This document shows positions 9,860 to 19,257 of a stretch of 64,000 bases of DNA, one piece after another (position 1 is the stretch's first letter; every line of letters starts with the position of its first letter). Source of the stretch: an uncultured Thermoleophilia bacterium (GTDB lineage Bacteria > Actinomycetota > Thermoleophilia > UBA2241); assembly GCA_963702475.1 (NCBI GenBank), contig CAVPCT010000006.1:96001-160000 (forward strand). The letters run 5' to 3'. Below the pieces are notes generated by a model, which had not been told where the DNA came from, did no database searches, and saw nothing but the letters and a program-made list of their open reading frames with translations. A program made the translations under genes and the position numbers.

Positions 9860-10954
9860 GTGCTGTCCAGCGAGGTCTCGCCGCCGTGCCCGGTCAACAC
9901 GTGGAACGAGTGGGACCCGCTCGAGGAGATCGTGGTCGGCATCGTCGAGGACGCCCTCATCCCGCCGTGGGAGACCATCACCCCGGCGGTGGTCCACGAC
10001 CGGACGCAGTGGCCGTTCTTCCAGGCCGAAGGCGGCGCGCGCTGGCCGGCCGAGCTGCTCAAGAAGGCCGAGGCGGACGTCGAGGCGTTCGTGCACATCC
10101 TCGAGGCCGAGGGCGTCACCGTGCGCCGGCCCGAGCGGTTCGCCTGGGACCAGCCGATCGCCGCGCCGGGCTGGTCCCTGCCCAGCTCCTGCTACGCGCT
10201 CATGCCGCGTGACGTGCTGCTCGTGGTGGGCGACCAGATCATCGAGGCGCCCATGGGCTGGCGCAGCCGCTTCTTCGAGCACCACGCCTACAAGAGCCTG
10301 TGCAAGGAGTACTGGCGGGGCGGGGCGCGCTGGGTCTCGGCCCCGCGCCCCGAGCTCACCGACGCCGGCTACGAGCCCGACTTCGTGCCGATGGAGGAGG
10401 GCGAGTCGCAGCGCACCATCGCCACCGAGTACGAGCCGCTCTTCGACGCCGCGGACGCCATCAAGTGCGGCGCCGACCTCTTCATCGCCCAGTCCAGCTG
10501 CTGCAACGCCTTCGGCATCGAGTGGCTGCGCCGTCACCTGGCGCCCGAGATCACCGTGCACGAGGTCGAGGTCTACGACACCCACCCCATGCACATCGAC
10601 GCGACCTTCTACCCGCTGGCACCGGGCAAGCTGCTGGTCCATCCGGAGCGCTGCGCCAAGGTGCCGGACATGTTCGAGAACGCCGGCTGGGACGTCCTCA
10701 CCTGCCCCGAGCCGGACATGTGTGTGGACCACCCGATGTTCAACTGCTCGCGCTGGATCAGCATGAACGTGGTGCTGCTGGACGAGGAGCGCGTGATCGT
10801 GGCCAAGGGCGAGGAGCGCCTCATCAGCGCTTTCAGGCAGTGGGGCTTGACGCCCATCGAGTGCCCGTTCTACGACTTCGAGACCATCGGCGGTGGGTTC
10901 CACTGCGCCAGCGTGGACATCCGCCGGCGGGGGACGCTGCGCTCGTACTTCTGA
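9860..10954 (+). CDS. Amidinotransferase (Arg:Gly / inosamine-phosphate amidinotransferase family)
   Basis: NEWDPLEEIVVG, PRD, EAPM.WRSRFFE, FDAAD, HIDATF, GGGFHC (Asp-His-Cys triad). Confidence 0.92.
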   Translation: MLSSEVSPPCPVNTWNEWDPLEEIVVGIVEDALIPPWETITPAVVHDRTQWPFFQAEGGARWPAELLKKAEADVEAFVHILEAEGVTVRRPERFAWDQPIAAPGWSLPSSCYALMPRDVLLVVGDQIIEAPMGWRSRFFEHHAYKSLCKEYWRGGARWVSAPRPELTDAGYEPDFVPMEEGESQRTIATEYEPLFDAADAIKCGADLFIAQSSCCNAFGIEWLRRHLAPEITVHEVEVYDTHPMHIDATFYPLAPGKLLVHPERCAKVPDMFENAGWDVLTCPEPDMCVDHPMFNCSRWISMNVVLLDEERVIVAKGEERLISAFRQWGLTPIECPFYDFETIGGGFHCASVDIRRRGTLRSYF

Positions 10955-10997
10955 TGCCGCGACCGGGGGCCGTCGGGGAATCCGGCGCCGCCGATCC

Positions 10998-12086
10998 CTA
11001 CCTGCCCTTCCAGAGAAGGTACGGGCCCTCTGCGGCCTCCTCCGGCGTGAGCTCCAGGGGGAAGGTGACGGTGCGGCCCTCGGCCGCCGACCGGTACGCG
11101 GCGTAGACCACCTCGAGCGAGACGCGCCCGTCCGCGCCGGTCTCCAGCGGCGGGCGATCGTCGAGCACGCAGTCGGTGAAGTGCTGCATCTCCTGGGGCA
11201 TGCCGTAGTTGTAGTACTCCTCCGCGATGGCGTAGCTGTAGCCGAGGGTGGAGCCTTTCTCCACCGAGTAGCCGTAGCCGACGTCGCTGTAGGCCAAGAG
11301 CGACGACTGCTGCATCATGTCGCCGTGGCAGGTGCCGGCGCTGCCCTGGATGTCGAGGCGGTCGTCCATCCCTCCGGGCTTGGCCCAGCTGCCTTCGATC
11401 ACGCCCAGGCGGTCGCCCGCGAAGCGGATGGTGACCAGGGCGTGGTCCTCCAGGTCGGTGCGGTCGCCGTGCACGAACGTGCCCAGCACCGCCGTGACGC
11501 TCTCGACCGTCGGCTTGTCGTACAGCCACCGGATGACCTCCACGCTGTGGCAGCCCATGTCCATCATCACGCCGCCGCCGGCGAGGCGGCCGTCCCAGAA
11601 CCAGTCCGAGTGCGGCCCGTAGTGGGTCTCGCCGTGCCTGATCTGGAAGACGCGGCCGAAGGCGCCTTCGTCCATCAGGTCCTTGGCGCGCACGTAGCGC
11701 GGCGCGAAGCAGATGAGCTCGGCGTACATGAGCTTGACGCCGGCGCGCCGGGCGGCGGCGATCATCTCGTCCGCCTCCGCCATGGTGCGCGCCAGCGGCT
11801 TCTCGCACACGATGTGCTTGCCCGCCTCGGCCGCTGCAACGGCGATGTCGCGGTGCACGAAGTTGGGCGCGCCGATGCAGACCATGTCGACGTCCGGGCG
11901 CTCGAGCATGCGCCGCGCGTCGTCGTAGGCGGCGTCGAGCCCATACGTCTGGGCCAGCTTGCGGGCCCTGGCCATGTCCGGGTCGGCGACGGCCAGGACG
12001 CGAGCTCCTTTCACGCGTTGGAACGCGAGCGCGTGCTGGTCACTGATGAGCCCGGCTCCGACCAGGCCGACGCCGATCTCGTCCAT
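10998..12086 (-). CDS. Gfo/Idh/MocA family oxidoreductase
   Basis: GLVGAG.I, GKHIVCEKP, GGGVMMDMGCH. Confidence 0.92.
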   Translation of the reverse strand: MDEIGVGLVGAGLISDQHALAFQRVKGARVLAVADPDMARARKLAQTYGLDAAYDDARRMLERPDVDMVCIGAPNFVHRDIAVAAAEAGKHIVCEKPLARTMAEADEMIAAARRAGVKLMYAELICFAPRYVRAKDLMDEGAFGRVFQIRHGETHYGPHSDWFWDGRLAGGGVMMDMGCHSVEVIRWLYDKPTVESVTAVLGTFVHGDRTDLEDHALVTIRFAGDRLGVIEGSWAKPGGMDDRLDIQGSAGTCHGDMMQQSSLLAYSDVGYGYSVEKGSTLGYSYAIAEEYYNYGMPQEMQHFTDCVLDDRPPLETGADGRVSLEVVYAAYRSAAEGRTVTFPLELTPEEAAEGPYLLWKGR

Positions 12087-12118
12087 CGTCTGTCTCCTCG
12101 TTCTTCGCAGGTGGAGGT

Positions 12119-13582
12119 TCAACCCAGGGCCGCGTCGGCCGCGTCCACGATGCGGCGCAACTCGGCCTGGACGTCGGCGGGGAGCGGCTCGGGGCGGTGC
12201 TCGGCCACGACCCGCCGCGCCTCGTCGCGGGCGCGCTGCGCCAGGTCGGTCGCGCCGGCCGCCTGCCAGGCAGCGAGCACGTCACGGTCCCACAGCCTCG
12301 GCTGACTCGCCTCACGCATGTGCCGCAGCGTGTGGTCGGTGGAGATGAACTCGCCGCCCGGTCCTACCTCGTGGATGAGGTCCACCGCCAGCGTCTCGCG
12401 GCTGACCGGCACGCCGCGCACCAGCTGGCGGATGAGCGCGATGGCCTCGTTGTCCATGACCATCTGCCCCAAGTCGCACGTCATGCCCGATTCGAGCATC
12501 CCCGCACCGTAGATCAGGCTGGCCCCTGCCAGCGCTGGCGCAAGTCCGGTGAGGGTCTTCTCGTAGGCCGTCTGCGCGTCGCTCACCTTGGAGTCCGCCT
12601 ACAAGCCGGCGACCCAGCACGGCATCTCGTAGAGGGCGCTGAGTTGCGCGACGCAGGCGTTGAGCAGCGCCGTCTCGGGCGTGCCGACGGAGGCGGTGCC
12701 GAGGCGAAGGTCCATGGCGGTGCTCGATGAGGAGTAGATGACGGGCGCGCCGCGCTCGGCGAGCTGGACCATCACGGTCCCGGCCAGGACCTCGGCGTTG
12801 TGGACGACCAGCGTACCGGCGAGCGTCTGGGGAGTGGTGCCGCCCGACATGCACATCGCGAGGATACTCAGGGGCAGGCCGTTGCGGGCCGCGAAGAGGC
12901 AGACGTCGGTGCCCTGCTCCGTGAGCTGCAACGGGCTCAGCGAGCACATGCCCATGCCGAGGAAGGGTCGTTCGCGCAGCTCGTCGTGGCCGCCGGCCAC
13001 GGCCGCGGCCAGATCGAAGCACGTCGCCTGCTCGGCTTTGCTGAGCGGTCCGAACATCATCGGCTTCGTCACGTGCGGCAACGCCGCCGCCAGGTGATGC
13101 ACGGTGGCCAGCTCTTCGGGGCAGTCGCGCGGGGTGATCGCCGCCTCGTACACGTCGATGTCGCTGGCCCAGTCCACCACCCTGCAGATGTCGGCGACGT
13201 CGGCGGTGCGCGCCGGGCGGTTCTCGCCCGTCTCGAGGTCGTTCACTTTCGGAGCCTCACCGAAGTTCATGAAGGCCAGGCGGCCGTCGCCCAGCATCAG
13301 GTCGTGCCGCGGGTCGCGGCCGCACCAGCGGATCAGCGGCGGCGCCGAGCCGACACAGTCCTCCACCACGCTCGCCGGGATGCGCACGATGCGGCTGTCG
13401 TCGTCGACCACGCAACCGCCGTCGCGGAACACCGCGCGCGCGTCCGCGGCCTCGACGAGGACGCCGGTGCGTTCAAGCACCTCCAGGGTGGAGAGGTGGA
13501 TGTCGTGCAGGTCGCTGCCGCTCAGGGGAGGAGCGGCGATGCCCTGCGTGCGCGGGAGCCCCGCGTACTCGCCTCGTTTCAT
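12119..13582 (-). CDS. mttB: Trimethylamine methyltransferase MttB family, pyrrolysine-type (in-frame TAG at codon 328)
   Basis: ORFs 12599..13582 and 12119..12586 share a frame and are separated only by TAG 12601-12599: YEMPCWVAGL-TAG-ADSKVSDAQTAYEK; joined product 487 aa. Confidence 0.9.
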
Positions 13583-13649
13583 GGTCGTGTGTGCCTCCGT
13601 CGTCTCGGCAGGGCCGCGTGGGCGCTGCGCTCCGCGGCCCTGCGTGTGG

Positions 13650-14933
13650 TCATGCTATCGCCCCGGCCAGCGAGTCCAGGGCGTGGAACGCGCGCGTGAT
13701 CGGGCCTGCCGGCCCGGCGCGCGGCTGGCTCGAGAGCTTGACTACGACGATGCCCGCGCCGGCGTCGACGTAGAGCATCTGCCCGTACATGCCGACCCCC
13801 AGCAGCACCGCACGGCCGGGAGCCGGCTCGGCCACCCAGAAGCCGCCGCGGTAGGAGCCTCCCGGCAGCATGTCAGCGTCGTCCGAGGCGGCGAACACGG
13901 CCCTGTCGCCGTTGCGCCGTGCGTCTTCCAGCCACCAGTCCGGTACGACCTGCCGGCCGTTCCAGCACCCGTCCTTGGCCAGCATCTGGCCGAAGCGCCC
14001 CAGGTCGCGCAGGCTGCTGCAGAGCCCGCCGTCGAGCAGGGCGCTGCCGGCGCCGTCCAGCAGCACGTAGGCGTCGTGCTCCGTGCCGAGCTTGCCCCAC
14101 ACCTCGTCGCGGATGAGACGGGGCACCGGCGCGCCCGAGGCGCGCTCGAGCACCCACCCGAGCACGTCCGTGTTGAGCGACACGTAGTGCAGCGCGGCGC
14201 CGTGCGCGCCGCCGGGCGCGGTGGCCGTCGCGTAGTCGTAGATCGAGCCGGGCTCGTCGGCGGCGCGGCGCGGCTTGAGTCCGCAGAGGCGGTCCAGCCG
14301 GGAGTCCTCGCTGTCGGCGTCCTCGTGGTCCTCCGTGTAGGCGATGCCGACGGTCATGTCCAGGAGGTGACGCACGGTCGCCCCAGCGTACGCGCTGTGC
14401 GCCAGCTCCGGCACGAGGTCTGTCACGACTCGGTCCGGGTCCAGGAGGCCGCGCTCGGCCAGGCAGGCGGCCACGCAGGAGCCGAGCGACTTGGTGATGG
14501 AGTGCCACAGGTGCGGCGTGCCCGGCGCGAGCGTGCCGAAGTAGCGCTCGCAGAGGACCCGCCCGTCAAGCAGCACCAGCACGCCGTCGGTGTCGGTCGC
14601 GGCGAGCATCTCCGCGAACGACCATGTGCCCGGGGGCGCTCCCGCCGAGGCGTCGCCGACGTCCACGAGCTCGAGGTCGTCGAGCGCGGCGGGAGCCGCG
14701 GCCAGCTCGACGACCGGCTCGTGGCGCGTCGAGACGTCGGCGGTGCCGACCACCTCCCGCGCGTGCTGCATGAACCACTGCGTGCGGCGCGGGTCGGCGT
14801 ACACCTGATCGGCCCGCACGCGCCGGCCGGGAGGCGGCGGGAAGCCGCGCATGAGCGTCGCGTCGAACGTGCTCGGCGCCGACGCGCCGGGCTCGCGCGC
14901 GGCTCCGGCCTCGTGCCCGCGCGTCGTGGTCAC
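13650..14933 (-). CDS. Serine hydrolase, beta-lactamase fold (NylB/6-aminohexanoate-dimer hydrolase-like)
   Basis: SxxK (HSITKS), Y.S.NTDVLGW, G.GMYGQ.LYVD. Confidence 0.85.
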   Translation of the reverse strand: MTTTRGHEAGAAREPGASAPSTFDATLMRGFPPPPGRRVRADQVYADPRRTQWFMQHAREVVGTADVSTRHEPVVELAAAPAALDDLELVDVGDASAGAPPGTWSFAEMLAATDTDGVLVLLDGRVLCERYFGTLAPGTPHLWHSITKSLGSCVAACLAERGLLDPDRVVTDLVPELAHSAYAGATVRHLLDMTVGIAYTEDHEDADSEDSRLDRLCGLKPRRAADEPGSIYDYATATAPGGAHGAALHYVSLNTDVLGWVLERASGAPVPRLIRDEVWGKLGTEHDAYVLLDGAGSALLDGGLCSSLRDLGRFGQMLAKDGCWNGRQVVPDWWLEDARRNGDRAVFAASDDADMLPGGSYRGGFWVAEPAPGRAVLLGVGMYGQMLYVDAGAGIVVVKLSSQPRAGPAGPITRAFHALDSLAGAIA

Positions 14934-14937
14934 GCGC

Positions 14938-15732
14938 TCAGCCGCCGGCCCCCGGCAGAGCCGGTGGCGCCATGCGGGGGTCGGCCCAGAAGCCCTGCAT
15001 GATGCCTCCGTCCACGCGGATCGTGATGCCGGTGACGTACTCCGCCTCGTCCGAGGCCAAGAAGAGGACCACGTTGGCCTGATCGCGGGGCAGCGCCGGA
15101 CGGCGCAGGGGGATCCGCTCCATGTAGCCCCGGTACGTGTCCTGGTCGTCGGTGAAATCCATCATCGGCGTCATCGTCATGCCGGGGGCCACCGCCACGC
15201 AGCGCACGCCGAGGTGCGCCAGCTCGAACGCCATGCTCTGGGTGAGCAGGTTCACGCCGCCCTTGGCGGCGTTGTAGTCGGCGTAGGGCGACTCCACGAT
15301 GAACGAGTTGCACGACGAGATGTTGACGATCACGCCGCCGCCGTGCTGCACCATGTTCCGGGCGGCGGCTTGGCTCGTATAGAAGTAGCCATTCAGGTTG
15401 ATGTCGATGACGCGCTGCCACTGCTCCGGGGTGATGTCGAGGATGCCGACCATAGGGGCGATGGCCGCCGCGTTCACGAGCACGTGGATGTGGCCGCGCC
15501 GCTCGGCGACGCCGTCGACGGCCGCCCGCACCGCGGCGGGGTCGCTCACGTCCAGTGCCGCGGCCTCGATGCGCTCCTCCGGCCCTCCGGCGCACGTCTC
15601 GGCGAGGCCTTTCTCGTTGAGGTCGACCGCAACCACGAAGGCGCCCTCTTCGGCGAAGCGCCAGCTGAACTCCTGGCCCATGCCCTGCGCTGCCCCGGTG
15701 ACGATGACCGTCTTGCCCTGGAACCTTCCCAT
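14938..15732 (-). CDS. SDR family oxidoreductase
   Basis: TGAAQGMG, VNAA, YNAAK, VDGG; GGAGGG RBS. Confidence 0.92.
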   Translation of the reverse strand: MGRFQGKTVIVTGAAQGMGQEFSWRFAEEGAFVVAVDLNEKGLAETCAGGPEERIEAAALDVSDPAAVRAAVDGVAERRGHIHVLVNAAAIAPMVGILDITPEQWQRVIDINLNGYFYTSQAAARNMVQHGGGVIVNISSCNSFIVESPYADYNAAKGGVNLLTQSMAFELAHLGVRCVAVAPGMTMTPMMDFTDDQDTYRGYMERIPLRRPALPRDQANVVLFLASDEAEYVTGITIRVDGGIMQGFWADPRMAPPALPGAGG

Positions 15733-15767
15733 GTCCACCCTCCGATGGCGTAGTGCGCCGTCTCCGC

Positions 15768-16991
15768 CTACCGCCGCGGCGCGCCGGGGAGCCCGAGGGG
15801 CTCGTCGCCGCGGATCTCGCGCAGCAGCTCGATGTACTCGCAGAAGTTCTCGAACGGCATGTCGATGGGGACGAGGTGGTCCGGGCTGGGGAAGTACGGC
15901 CCCGTGTCCGCCAGGGCGCGGACCTTGGTCAGCACCTCGTGGCGCAGCGACGCCTTGTCCTTCATCAGCTCACGCTTGTCGAGTCCCCCAGCGAGGATGA
16001 TCTCCTTGCCGTACTTGCGGCGCAGCGCGAGGGGGTCCGTGCCGGCCGCGATCTCGAGCGGCCAGAACAGGTTGATCCCAGCATCCAGCCAGATCGGCAC
16101 GAGCTCATCGACGTTGCCGTCGCAGTCGAGGTAGAGGACGTCACAGCCGGCGTCGCGGATGACCTTGTTGAGCCGCTCGTAGCGGGGCAGCATGAAGGTC
16201 CGGACCATCTTCGGGCTGATCATCGGCCCGCTCTTGTAGGCCATGTCCTCCCAGTACCACACCCAGTCGAGGCGGATGTCCCTGGTCACCCTCTTCACCA
16301 TGGCCATCTCGAGCTGCAGCACGGTCTCCATCATGTCCTCGACGAGGTCCGGGTCGTCGTAGAAGAGGTACATGAGGTCCTCGGTGCCGACCCACATGTT
16401 GAGGTAGCCGAAGAACCCGCCCACCTCCATCGACACCGGGCAGTCCAGCGCGTTGATCGCGGCCGCGTACGCCTCCCAGTCGGCGGGGTAGCGGCCGGGC
16501 GTGTCGGGGTCGAGCCTCGCCTTCACCCGCGCCCAGGAGCGCCGGTCCTTGACCGGATGGTCGAGCCAGGCGGGCATGTTGAACGCCTTGCCCTTGAGCA
16601 GGCGCTCACTGATGCCGGCGCTGTCCCGCACCACCACGCTCGTCTCGTCCTCCTCCAGTACCTGCGGGGTGAACGGCGGGTTGAGCAGGAAGGAGTGGTC
16701 GTGGGCGACCACCCCGGGCACGTACTCGTACATGCGCGTGCCCGCGTCCATGCCGCTGTGCACCTCGGCCAGCGACCGGGAGGGGTCGAAGCCGAAGAAC
16801 TCGTCGACCGGGCTGGGTGTGCCGTAGTCGAGGTCGTCCACGCCGAGAAAGCCGGCCGGCGCCCCCTGGGCGACCCAGGCCTGGATCGTCTCGGGCCAGA
16901 AGATGTGGATGCCGTTGCCGAGGATGCCGAAGTCGCCCAGGCGTTCTCCCCGGCAGATCTCGCGGAACCGCTGTCTCGTGAATGCCGTCAT
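15768..16991 (-). CDS. Uroporphyrinogen decarboxylase-family methyltransferase (MT2-like, methylcobamide:acceptor)
   Basis: WEDMAYKSGPMISP, DCDGN, GGLDKR, PDHLVP; ATG overlaps the corrinoid gene TGA. Confidence 0.85.
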   Translation of the reverse strand: MTAFTRQRFREICRGERLGDFGILGNGIHIFWPETIQAWVAQGAPAGFLGVDDLDYGTPSPVDEFFGFDPSRSLAEVHSGMDAGTRMYEYVPGVVAHDHSFLLNPPFTPQVLEEDETSVVVRDSAGISERLLKGKAFNMPAWLDHPVKDRRSWARVKARLDPDTPGRYPADWEAYAAAINALDCPVSMEVGGFFGYLNMWVGTEDLMYLFYDDPDLVEDMMETVLQLEMAMVKRVTRDIRLDWVWYWEDMAYKSGPMISPKMVRTFMLPRYERLNKVIRDAGCDVLYLDCDGNVDELVPIWLDAGINLFWPLEIAAGTDPLALRRKYGKEIILAGGLDKRELMKDKASLRHEVLTKVRALADTGPYFPSPDHLVPIDMPFENFCEYIELLREIRGDEPLGLPGAPRR

Positions 16992-17645
16992 GACGCACCT
17001 CCCGCGGCGCCGGCGAGCAGGCGTTCCGCCTCGTCCACGGCGAGGATGCAGTCTTCGGCGAACCCTTCCGCGCCGATCTCGTCCGCCAGCGCGCGGGAGA
17101 CCGGTGCGCCGCCCACCATCACGGCGCACGCTGCCGCGCAGGCCGCGCTCCGCGAGCGCGTCGATGACGCGGCGGAACTGAGGCGTGGTCGTCGTGAGCA
17201 GCGCCGAGAGCGCCACGATGTCGGCGCGATGCTCCTCCGCGGCCGCGGCGAAGCTGTCGGCGCTCACGTCGGTGCCCAGGTCCACGACCTCGAAGCCGTT
17301 GCCTCTCAGCAGCATGCCCACGAGGCGCTTGCCGATGTCGTGGAGGTCGCCCTCCACGGTCCCGAGGACGACGACGCCCCTGCTCGGGCGCGCATCACCG
17401 GTGAGAGACGGCCGGAGCAGCTCCAGGCCGGCCGTCATGGCGCGCACGCTGATGAGGATCTCTGGCAGGTAGGCCTGCCCGTCCTTGAACAGCCGGCCGA
17501 GCTGCTGCAGCCCGGGGGTGAGGCCCTCGGTCAGGACCGCGTGCGGCGCGACTCCTTCTGCGAGCGCCTCGCCGACCAGCCTCACGACCGCGTTGCGGTC
17601 GCCGTCACGGACTCCATCGGAGATGCGCTCGAGCACCTCGTTCAC
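16988..17645 (-). pseudogene. Corrinoid (B12-binding) protein, MttC/MtbC-like, with a 1-nt insertion near 17123
   Basis: GTVEGDLHDIGK and ALSALLTTT motifs; conserved VMVGGAP...IGA.GFAED continues in the +1 frame; length 658 = 3n+1. Confidence 0.85.
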
Positions 17646-18374
17646 CTCGGGCCTCCCTCGTCGGGTGACGCGTGCAGGCTCCAGCCGGGGCACGCCGTGA
17701 CATCCGGTCCGGGCGGGGACGGCTGTGGGGGGACAGCGCCCTCCGCCAGCACGCTCGCCACGTCGTCGAAGTCGGTCCAGGGCCGGTAGCGGACGCCCGC
17801 AAGGGAGCACAGCTCCGCGAGCCGGCCCTTGGCGAACACCACGTCCGCGAACAGGGCGCCGTAGCGGTCCGTCATGCCGTCGCCGACGAACGCGGTCCAC
17901 TCCGCGGTCTCGCGCGCGCGCAGCACCGCCTGCGCCTTGCAGGTGCCGCACCCCGCGCACCGCCGGTGCGCGTGCGGGTGGGTGAGGCGAAGGCCGTCCG
18001 CGGTGCGTCTCGACCGCGTTCGCCAGCACGGGCACGTCACCGAGCCCGGCCGCGTCGAGCATGGGGCGCACGTAGAAGCCGAGTCCGTCGCTGACCACAG
18101 TGACCTCGGCCCCCACGTCCCGTGCCCGGCGGATGAGCGCCGGGAACGTGGGGTCGACGGCGAAGCGCTCGAGGACGTAGTCCACCATCTCGACCAGGGA
18201 GGCGCGCAGCATGCGGGTCTGCGCGCCTATCGCGTCCCGCAGCGAGACTCGCCCCGCGTAGGCCTCGTCGTCCAGCGCGCGCCAGTCGCCTTCGGCGAAG
18301 CGGGCGCAGACCGCGTTCCCCACGTCCGTGGGGCAGACGGTGCCGTCGAAGTCGGCGAGGACGGTCGGCATCAC
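17642..18374 (-). pseudogene. HAD-IB phosphatase (MtnX-like) with a 1-nt insertion near 18008
   Basis: DFDGT and VVSDG in frame 0; CAGCGTCK and VGDG.TD...FAK in the +1 frame; length 733 = 3n+1. Confidence 0.8.
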
Positions 18375-18495
18375 GCTTCAGTCCACCTCTCCATGAGGAT
18401 GATGTGCGAATCACTGCCGATGATCTGTTGTTTCACACATTCATTCGTACTTTTCACTTGCGGTCTCACATTACATGACGTACATTCGCACGGCA
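18375..18495. promoter_or_regulatory. AT-rich divergent promoter region of the DeoR divergon
   Basis: Local drop in GC; GTGCGAAT (18404-18411)...ATTCGCAC (18484-18491) inverted pair; repeated TCAC motifs. Confidence 0.45.
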
Positions 18496-19257
18496 ATGGA
18501 CGTTCTCTCACGGCGCGAGACCATCATCGAACTGCTCCAGGAGCACGGCGAGGTGACCGTCGCAGAACTGAGCGAGCGCACCGGGGTCTCGCAGATGACC
18601 ATCCGCCGCGACCTCGAGGCGCTCGAGCTCGAAGGAGTGCTGCGGCGCGTGCACGGCGGCGCCATCGACCTCGCCATGCGCGGCTACGCGGCGCCCTACT
18701 CGGTGCGCGCCAAGCAGGCCGCGGACGCCAAGGCGGCCATCGGCAGGGCCGCCGCCGCCATGCTGGGGGAACGCGAGACCGTCGTGCTCGACGTGGGGAC
18801 CACCACGTTGCAGATCGCCCGCGCCCTGCACGACCGCCGCAACCTCACGGTGCTCACGCCCAGCCTGCACATCGCCAACGCGCTGGCCCGCTACCGCGGC
18901 ATCCGTCTCATGCTCACCGGCGGTCAGGTGACGGCCGGCGAGGGTTCCCTGGTCGGGGACATGGCCGAAGGGGCGTTCTCGCGCCTGCGCTTCGACACGT
19001 TCGTCATGGGCATCGGCGGCGTCGACCTCGAGTCGGGGTGCACGGAGTACAGCCTCGAAGACGCTCGGGTCAAGCGCGCGGCGCTCGAGTGCGTGCGCCG
19101 CTGCATCGTCGTCGCCGACAGCAGCAAGCTGGGCAAGGTCACCTTCGCGCAGATCTGCGATCTCGAGAGGGTCGACGTCCTGGTGACAGACAGCGGTGCG
19201 GCCCCCGAGGTCCTGGCCGCGCTGGAGGCTGAGCACGTGGAGGTGGTGGTCGTCTGA
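18496..19257 (+). CDS. DeoR/GlpR transcriptional regulator
   Basis: VS..TIRRDL..LE..G.LRRVHGGA HTH; LDVGTTT, ADSSK; alternative start 18475. Confidence 0.95.
   Translation: MDVLSRRETIIELLQEHGEVTVAELSERTGVSQMTIRRDLEALELEGVLRRVHGGAIDLAMRGYAAPYSVRAKQAADAKAAIGRAAAAMLGERETVVLDVGTTTLQIARALHDRRNLTVLTPSLHIANALARYRGIRLMLTGGQVTAGEGSLVGDMAEGAFSRLRFDTFVMGIGGVDLESGCTEYSLEDARVKRAALECVRRCIVVADSSKLGKVTFAQICDLERVDVLVTDSGAAPEVLAALEAEHVEVVVV

Noticed and set aside
12520-12598. PYLIS-like stem (GGTGAG...CTCACC) after the amber codon
   Set aside because: The pairing is short and expected by chance in GC-rich DNA, and PYLIS is not required for Pyl insertion.
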